NCBI GenBank assembly: GCA_050084985.1
Contig: JBITNC010000001.1
Coordinates: forward strand, 150,722,001 to 150,786,000
DNA from: Nageia nagi
Lineage: Eukaryota > Plantae > Pinophyta
Reading direction: 5' to 3'
Length of the DNA stretch: 64,000 nucleotides
A program made the translations under genes and the position numbers. Below, in pieces: positions 56,501 through 64,000 of this stretch. A model generated the notes under the pieces. That model was not told the origin of the DNA and searched no databases. It saw nothing but the letters and a program-made list of their open reading frames with translations. Every line of letters starts with the position of its first letter. The stretch's first letter is position 1.

Positions 56501-57780
56501 GTGATGCACCCAAGGTCTAGGCATAATGCACTTGGGGGTCTGGTACCTAGGCATAGTGTGCTTGGGCTTGGGGATGGTATGCCTAGAAAATGATACACAA
56601 TGCATAGTGCACCCAATTTGGGGCATAATGCACTTAGCTTAATGAGTATTTTGGACTCTAAAACTTGTCTATAACTTCTTATCTTTGTTTCAAAGAGTGG
56701 TGCGACTATTTCTAGGTATGCATTGGACCATGACTAGGCTAAATTTGATGGATCGAAGCTCCAAAAACTCATATCTAATACCCCCTCTCCTTAGACTATC
56801 CTTTCAAAATATTGGTCAAAATTGACTAGAAATTCCATATGCTTTACATATTTTTTCCACTTAGGTGGGTGAAAATAAGAAAATCAAGAAACTCAAAATA
56901 TAAGCAAAATTTGGAAAATTAAGGAAAAGGTGAGGAAAATACCAAATTCAAAGGCTCTTGCTAGTTCACATCAGGTTCACCATTTAATATAGCCCAAAAT
57001 TTGTGCGCTATATGTGGACTAAGATGCATACACAAGTTGGATTCACATACAAATCTCAAATTATATAACTATGCTTTTCTTAATGAGCATTAGGTATAAA
57101 TCATGATAAATGTATGGCCAAATGTGTAAATAATGAGCTGAAACTTTGCAAGAATATAAATAAAAACTGAGTGCATCTAACATGGGTAGGGGGACCTCCA
57201 ATTTAGGCCCTTTGAGGCACCTAAATGAGCATGGAGTGAGTCTCCTCACACCAAATAGCATGTAATCCCCCTAGTCCCCAAATCAATGAGAACAAACAAA
57301 ATAGGTATGCCTATTTATGCAAATGAGTATGCATATATGATATTTTAGCAATATGTATGATGGATTTGAACAATTTAAATGGATCTTTACATGTTTAGGT
57401 GATCAAATATGAGATATCTAATGCATGAAACTTTTGAAAATATTAAATTCTTTCAAATGAAAAAGATATTTAAATATCCTTGGATCAATTTGATCCAAGG
57501 ATATCCATGAGATCAAATAAATGCTTACAACATGTTTTTATGCTCATATGAGTTCAAACTATGATTTCAATGGTGGAAAATACAAATTATGATGACTATA
57601 GCCTAACAAAATACTACATGCATACAAGTTTAGTGGAGGATACAAAGGTAGGTCTTCTAAAGCTCTTCCATAGTTGTCTTGTCTTCAAATCCCTACAAAA
57701 AGCTTGAACACAACAAATATATGCAATAATAACTCAATACAATCATAAATTCCCCATAGGAATGTTACATTATGTATGTA
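47560..57780 (-). mobile_element. Decayed Tat/Ogre-type Ty3/Gypsy element E with additional RNase H; integrase largely deleted, LTRs not resolved
   Basis: MVETRSQKKK start near 55069; Q/N/P-rich gag; FEMPKIDKF near 52930-52956; RVLIDVGSS (protease); MSFGLKNARATY and VEDYVYDL (RT); YAHIEKLCLA (RH); MYFDG...YEALILGL at 48028-48240 (aRH); long 5' leader 55130-57750. Confidence 0.85.
54184..54667 (-). mobile_element. Solo LTR (Copia type, 484 bp) inside gag of element E
   Basis: TG..CA ends; perfect TSD ATTTT (54179-54183 and 54668-54672); same family as 10410-10897. Confidence 0.9.
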
Positions 57781-57803
57781 GAACCAAATATATGCAATAA
57801 TAA

Positions 57804-59178
57804 CTCAAATGCTCCTTAGGACCCTCTTTTTATGTATTTTTGGCATCTCAAATATCTTGGGATATGAACTCATAGGAACCCAAGAATTTATTGGCTCATT
57901 GCATATTTCTCTATAGCTAACTTTAGATAATCCTAGGTTATTATTCCTTTCCTTTAGCTCTCATAATATTCTCATAATTTTACTCTCACTATGCACATTG
58001 GTTCCTCCATAAGGTGAATTTGATCCACCATCAGAGTGATTTGGGTTATTAAACAAAATCACTTTTCTCTCAAAATCATGAGCATTGGGGTTATAGAATG
58101 TGCTTTGTTGTCCCCAAGATTATCCTTTTGTATTTTGCCCAAGATTTTGATTATATCCATGTTGTTGACCTTGGGGATGATATTATGTATTAAGACCATA
58201 ACCTTGTTGCTTAATTTATCCACTATTTTATTGCATATTTTTACCTTGACCTTGTTATGCTCCTTGTAAGATATTATGATTTTGATTTGCACGTACATTG
58301 ACCATTTATTTTTGATACATAAGGTATTGCATTTTCCTAATCAATTATTACATCTTTTCCATGGATTGAGTTGAGGAACCTTGTTGGGGATTTTCTTGAT
58401 TGGCACTTTGAAGTGGATTATGAGGTGAGTTTTGAGTGCCATAAAGATTTTGCATGTTTTTGTATCAAGCATTTTGATGTGGAGGGGTTTGGAAATAAGC
58501 CATACCTTGGTTTGGCCCACTTTGGGTGTTTTGTTGATTATACACAAAAGTTTGTCTAAGGCCATCCTAATCATCAAGATTGGCTTGGTTAGGTTGATCA
58601 ATATTGGGATTTTGGCCTTGTGGATCTACACTCCAAGAAACTTGCTTTTGTAAATTGAAACTATTAGTATTAGTGTTTTGGATATTGGGTGAATTTGGGT
58701 AGGCAATATGTTGGAAAGTATTAGCTTGATTAGAATTTATTGCCCTTTGGAATGGTGGAGGTGTATTGTGTTGAACAACATTTTGAAATTTTGGATTTAT
58801 ATTTTGGAAGTATTGTTGTTCAAACTTGGGTGGAGGTTGAGGGATTTTTGGATTCTTTTGTGATAACCTTCGATTGAATAATTCTTGTGGTTTTTGTATA
58901 TTTTGTTGAAAATTGAGCAAATCTATATTTGGTTGTACATTTTGCACAACTAGAGATTCTTTGGATTGTTGAGGGGTTTTGAATGTGATTTCCTGGTTTG
59001 TGGATAATTTACATTCTTAAGGAGGGAATAGACCTTGACTAACATTTTGTGCATTTAGAGTTTGTGGTGGATTTGGATCATTTTTGAAGGGATTGAACTA
59101 TAAAGAACAATCCTAAACTACCAAGATCACATGAAAGCTCATAAATAACATCTAAATAACTCACAAAGCAATCTCACA
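57804..59178 (+). repeat. Direct duplication of 52896-54277 (gag of E plus first 94 bp of the solo LTR)
   Basis: Near-identical sequence and near-identical ORF-track peptides (for example 53138 vs 58036, 53440 vs 58341); short templated fillers at both junctions. Confidence 0.95.
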
Positions 59179-62100
59179 TGAAAGTTCATAATTAGGAGAT
59201 GAAATTTTATTTTGACTTTGAGTTATATACCTCTTTGAACAACTTAAGTTAAAATAGATAGATACCCACTTTTGCTCCTATTTTGGGTTTAAGTCACTTT
59301 TTCTCTATTTTGAACATTTGAATAGTTGATTTTGCATAATATAAATATTAAGAAAGTAAATCAAATAATTATTAAAACATAATGATAAACCTCTCAAAAA
59401 ATATTCTTATAGAAATCTCCATAAACAAAATCCCTTTAGGATTGGAGAGACCATACCACAAAGAGTAAATTCATGACAACCCAGTAAAATCATGTCAGAA
59501 CTTTAGTTGCAACACAAGGTCAAGGCTTCATAGTTCAATCTAGTTTTGTCAGGTCAGATGGCCACTCCAACAAGCATGGAGTGCCCTTCATTTAAGGTTA
59601 AGAGTGCAAGAAAGAAAAGAACAAAGTGTTGTAAAGAGTCTAGTCCTTAGGGAAGATAAGAGATACAAGAAAGAGAAGGGAAATAGTGGAGCATGGGGCC
59701 AACCTGAGTTTTTGGTGATTTACACTAAAACCATGGGGAGGAAAACCGACTCATAGCCATATATTAATACAAATTCACATATCTATGATAAGATGGCTAG
59801 ACATAACAACTACTAACATGTCAACTACCAACATCTTGGATGTAGGAAGAATCGATCGAATTCATCCCTTTGAGCACCCAGAAATACAAACATCAAAATG
59901 AAAGAGCAAATATGACTTAATCCAATTTGATGTAAAATAAGTGCTTTCCATTATTAAAGAGTAAATTCCAAATAATCATCACCCAATACAATATTGAGAT
60001 TTCTATTTATAATATATGAGCGCTCTACTTAAAAATACTCTAACTAATTACAAACTCTCTCATCCTTTAATTAACTCAAGTCCTACTACAGAAAATTGAT
60101 AGTCATGCCATTTACAACATGATATTAACTTAAAATACTTAACCATTACTAAAAGATTCATGTTTATATGATTAGGGTATTACTTAGAGCTTTATACATT
60201 GCCTAGTTAGCTCTGACTCACCTCTTCATGTATAAGTTCAAAATATAGATGGCAGATTATGTTTGGTGATACAACTGCATTGTTGCACATACACACACCC
60301 ATGCTAAGGTTGTCAATGAAATTATCTTCCACTCTAATACCTTTGCATTATTTCTTTTATCTTTGATAATGCCTTCTTATTATGTAACGTGCATGAGATT
60401 TGGATGTCAATTTGATCCTTGTGTTGTTCTAAGGTTTTTGTCATGCAACCAACATGTCTAAACAACCATCACTTCAAATTTCTATTAGTTGGTCCTCATC
60501 CTCAACCAATATTAGATTTGGATTGCTAAATCACCTATGCTACAATTGGAGATACCAATGCTACTATGGGAGATATTTTAAGGGCCTTACTTATCTCCTA
60601 AGTATTATCGGTACATTCAATCAGCTGGTCGGATCCTTATTTACCATTTTCTCCTTAACACTTTATTATTGGTAGTGTGAGATGCAATGGATGATGTCAT
60701 CTTCTCAAGATATCCAATCTTGGTATTTTTATGTTCATGCTTTTTTGTTGACATCACCTTTGGGCCTAAAGCCTTCATGTGCTCCTCTTATCGAATGGCT
60801 ACTTTACTTTGCTAGATGTTCAATGTCTTACTACTGATGTCATTTGATAAAGAGCATCAATCTTGGCTGATTTTCTATTGCAATCACTAAGTTGGGACTC
60901 TCAATCTTATTTTATTTTGGAAGGATCCTTCTACCATTGATGTCATCTCTAGGGGCCACTTCTTATTTCCAAATAGCTTTGCTTGCTAGGGCTTCATCGT
61001 TCTACTACTAACATCACTTGCTCAAGATTATCTGTAGTAGTTCATTTTTATCATATCTTCTTGGTCTAGCATCATCTCCCAGCTTTGAGATTTTTAAATG
61101 ATTTATTTCTCTTAGCTTTGATCTTCCCTTCTTCATTATGATTTTTGGCATAGCCTTTTAAAATTCTACCATCTCTTAGATGGTAACGAGATGTGAGATG
61201 AACCTCTCTATCGAAGAAGAAACTTTAAGTGACACTTTGACATTCAAAAGGGGCATGGTGATGTAAAGAAAGTTTCAGATGAGGTGAGAGTGATCAGGCT
61301 TATGATGAGCCTCATAAATACCCCCATTTTGACTATATTTTAAGTGTATCTTTTTGTACCTTGAGACACGATTAACTACTACTATCATATTTTATGTTAT
61401 TAAATGCTTAATTTGGTAGTAAAATATATATAATTTCTATGGTTAGTTATTTATGCTTTATTAAATGAATGTGTTTGATTAATTATGACATTGATCTAAG
61501 AGAATTAGCACTATTCTAATCCTCAAGGTCCAAGACTAGGAAGCTCAATCACACAACATTCACACAAGATAACACAAGTGTAATGTGGTTCCTCCCTCCT
61601 TGGGAGTACATCCACAACTAGTATCTCAATTCTCAAGTATGCCCCTCTTACAACTATTCTCTTCCTCTCTCCTACACAAACTAGTAGAGTAATGTTACTC
61701 CAAAACTTAGATATGTTACAAGAGGAGAGGCCCTCTATTTATAGCTTGAGAGCACCTCCCTAACCTCCCTTTAACCCAAGGGTAAGGTTAGGGTTACAAT
61801 AAATGTGTGACCTAACTTTAACCTACCAACTAACCCCATGGTTAGGTCAAAGTCCACACATAATAAAGAATTCAATTAATCCCTTAAGGTATCTACATAT
61901 CCTTTAAGTGATTAATTGAACTTACAAGGAGTTTAGATATTCACAATATTTCATTACAAATTCTAACACTCCCCCTTAATGCAATATTGGGATAGAGCGT
62001 AGAAGAAAGAAGAGAGAGAGTAAGAGAGAGTTCTCCTCCATAGAGATACAAGTGGAGATGAGAACATTTACATATTTGAGAATCTTTTTGAGAACTAGTA

Positions 62101-62451
62101 TGAGACTCACTACATTACCATTTGACAAAATGGTTTACAATACAATCATTAACCATAACTGGTTTCACTGTACATAGTAGTCGATCAACTTTAAGCTGAC
62201 ATGTGAGTCTCCATGAGCTTGCTTTCACAAGGTGAGTAACCTGCATTTCTGAAGAAGATCCTGCATGCTACAAGCAACTCATGAACAAAATTAGTTAGAT
62301 GCATCATATATTCAAATAAAAGAATCAAATAATGTGATCTTATAAATAACTAATTAATGGTGCACTATAAGTCATCACGGAGATGCCAAGCCATCACTCA
62401 TAGTCACCTGTTGTATATAGACATGTGTTGATTATTAATAGAGCATAAAAA

Positions 62452-62920
62452 TTATGCAACGAGTTTCTCACGTAGAGCAAACTCACCACGGAGGTATTGA
62501 ATGTACAACAAGTTCATCACACAGAGTGAACTTACCACGGAGGTATATTAACTATATGCTCAAAAATTGTACAACGAGTTTCTTATGCAGAGCAAACTCA
62601 CCACGGAGGTATAAAGCATAAAAAATTGTACAATGAGTTTCTCACGTAGAGCAAACTCACCATGGAGGTATAGAATGTACAACAAGTTCATCATGCAGAG
62701 TGAACTTACCATGGAGGTATATTAATTATATGCTCAAAAAATTGTACAATGAGTTTCTCATGTAGAGCAAACTCACCACGGAGGTATAAAATGTACAACA
62801 AGTTTGTCACGCAGAGCAAACTTACCACGGAGGTATAAAATAATCAACACTCTATAACAACAATTGTACAACAAGTTTTTCACGTAGATCAAACTTACCA
62901 TGGAGGTATAGAATGTACAA
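62452..62920. repeat. Array of 8 copies of a 46-bp palindromic unit with variable spacers in the 3' UTR of Copia F
   Basis: Consensus TGTACAAC(G/A)AGTT..TCACG(T/C)AGAG..AACT(C/T)ACCA(C/T)GGAGGTAT; hairpins start at 62461, 62510, 62576, 62635, 62684, 62751, 62800 and 62873. Confidence 0.95.
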
Positions 62921-62965
62921 TCAAAAATGCCTCTTAGAGGTGAAGTTGTTATCACTAACAAAAGT

Positions 62966-64000
62966 TCAAACTTCACTCCCCCTTGAGGGCAACTTCACCA
63001 ACCCGAGAGAATCCCTAAGCTTGCTGAACTAATCTTCAAGAAGGGGCTTGGTGAATAAATCAGCAGAGTTTTCAGTAGATGGACAATACTCCAAGTATAT
63101 GATGTCATCTAGAACCTTCTCCCTGATAAAATGGGCTTGGATTTCCACATGTTTAGTTCTCTGATGGAACACAGGATTCTTAGCCAAAGAGATAGCCGAT
63201 TGATTATCTGAAGAAATAAGAGATGGGCCATTTTGCTTATACCCAATTTCATTCAGAAGATGCCTCAGCCAAATATCTTCTTGGGTGGCAACAAACATGG
63301 CTCGATATTTGGCTTTGGTGGTAGAAAGAGTCACAGTAGGTTACTTCTTGGAAGCCCAAGAGATAGCACCTGAACCAATGCTGAACACATATGTAGAGGT
63401 TGATTTTCCGTCATCTCTATCTCCCCCATAATCAGAATCTGAGAACCTTGAGAGAATAATTGAGAGCACTTTGGAATACTTAAGAGCAAGATCCTTTATC
63501 CCTACCACATATCTCAAGATTTGCTTCACAGCATTGAGGTGTTCAACATATGGTTTTTGCATGAATCGTGCCATCAAATTCACTGCAAAGGCAATATCAG
63601 GTCGAGAGATAGTCAAATACAGAAGACTACCAATCAATTACCTATAAGTTGTAGCATCAACCAACTGAGAATCTGAGCTCAATGATACAACGATTTTAGG
63701 AGAAACAGGTATTGCAGCATATCTACACTCCTCCATTCCAAACTTTTGAAAGATGTCTGATATATACTTAGATTGACTAAGATAAGTACAATCTTTGTGT
63801 TGGTATACTTGCATTCCAAGATAGTAATGCAATAGATCTAGATCAGTCATTTCAAATGTTGCCTTCAGTTTGGATATGCACTCTTGGATGATTTCAATAT
63901 TGTTGCCTACTATGAGAAGATCATCCACATAAAGGAGAATTAAGACCACATCTTTTCCTTGATTGAGTACATAGAGATCTAAGTCAGAAAAGCACTTGGA
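62966..64000 (-). pseudogene. Copia RT-RNase H with three in-frame nonsense codons
   Basis: ORFs 63638-63949, 63341-63637 and 63029-63334 are in one frame, separated by TAA, TAA and TAG; the frame ends LVKLPSRGSEV*. Confidence 0.9.

Larger units (their letters stand above)
61486..64000 (-). mobile_element. Ty1/Copia element F, 3' part (RT end, RNase H, about 1-kb 3' UTR, 3' LTR); continues beyond the window
   Basis: LTR about 61486-61968 (left boundary inferred from its 483-bp length); PPT AAGGGGGAG at 61969-61977; LLYVDDLL, SRPDIAFAV, SDSDYGGD, RTKHVEI and ADLFTKPL motifs. Confidence 0.92.

Noticed and set aside
57750-57780. Possible PBS and LTR edge of element E
   Set aside because: Too eroded to match a tRNA 3' end, and no partner LTR was found.
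58567-58947. 126-aa Q/N/P-rich ORF that could pass for a prion-like or de novo gene
   Set aside because: It is part of the duplicated low-complexity gag region of element E; the other copy has stops.
59192-61485. Possible decayed minus-strand coding region with K/R-rich stretch near 60700-61200
   Set aside because: No recognisable domain or sustained reading frame; left unannotated.
62452-62920. CRISPR-like look: palindromic repeats with variable spacers
   Set aside because: Spacers are short, uneven and themselves repeated; no cas genes; the array lies inside a eukaryotic Copia 3' UTR.

Overview
AT-rich plant genomic DNA; the TE families look gymnosperm-like, but the species cannot be identified from this window. 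One intact host gene is present: a 4-exon PIP2 aquaporin on the minus strand (28328-29875, 286 aa) in a small CpG-retaining island. Almost everything else is nested, mostly decayed transposable elements: a chromovirus Ty3/Gypsy, a non-autonomous Gypsy whose RT/RH/INT is replaced in frame by unknown sequence, a non-autonomous Sirevirus-like Copia, a Tat-type Gypsy with an extra RNase H, a younger Copia running off the right edge, three solo LTRs with perfect target-site duplications, three L1-type LINEs, a 1.1-kb TIR element and a 1.4-kb duplication with templated junctions. C>T/G>A decay is pervasive. Most interesting: the frame-preserved gag-PR-X ORF (10150-12843), the co-varying hairpin array in the Copia 3' UTR (62452-62920) and PIP2 intron 1 being a tandem array that carries a duplicated splice acceptor. 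All identities are by-eye readings; no searches or alignments were run.
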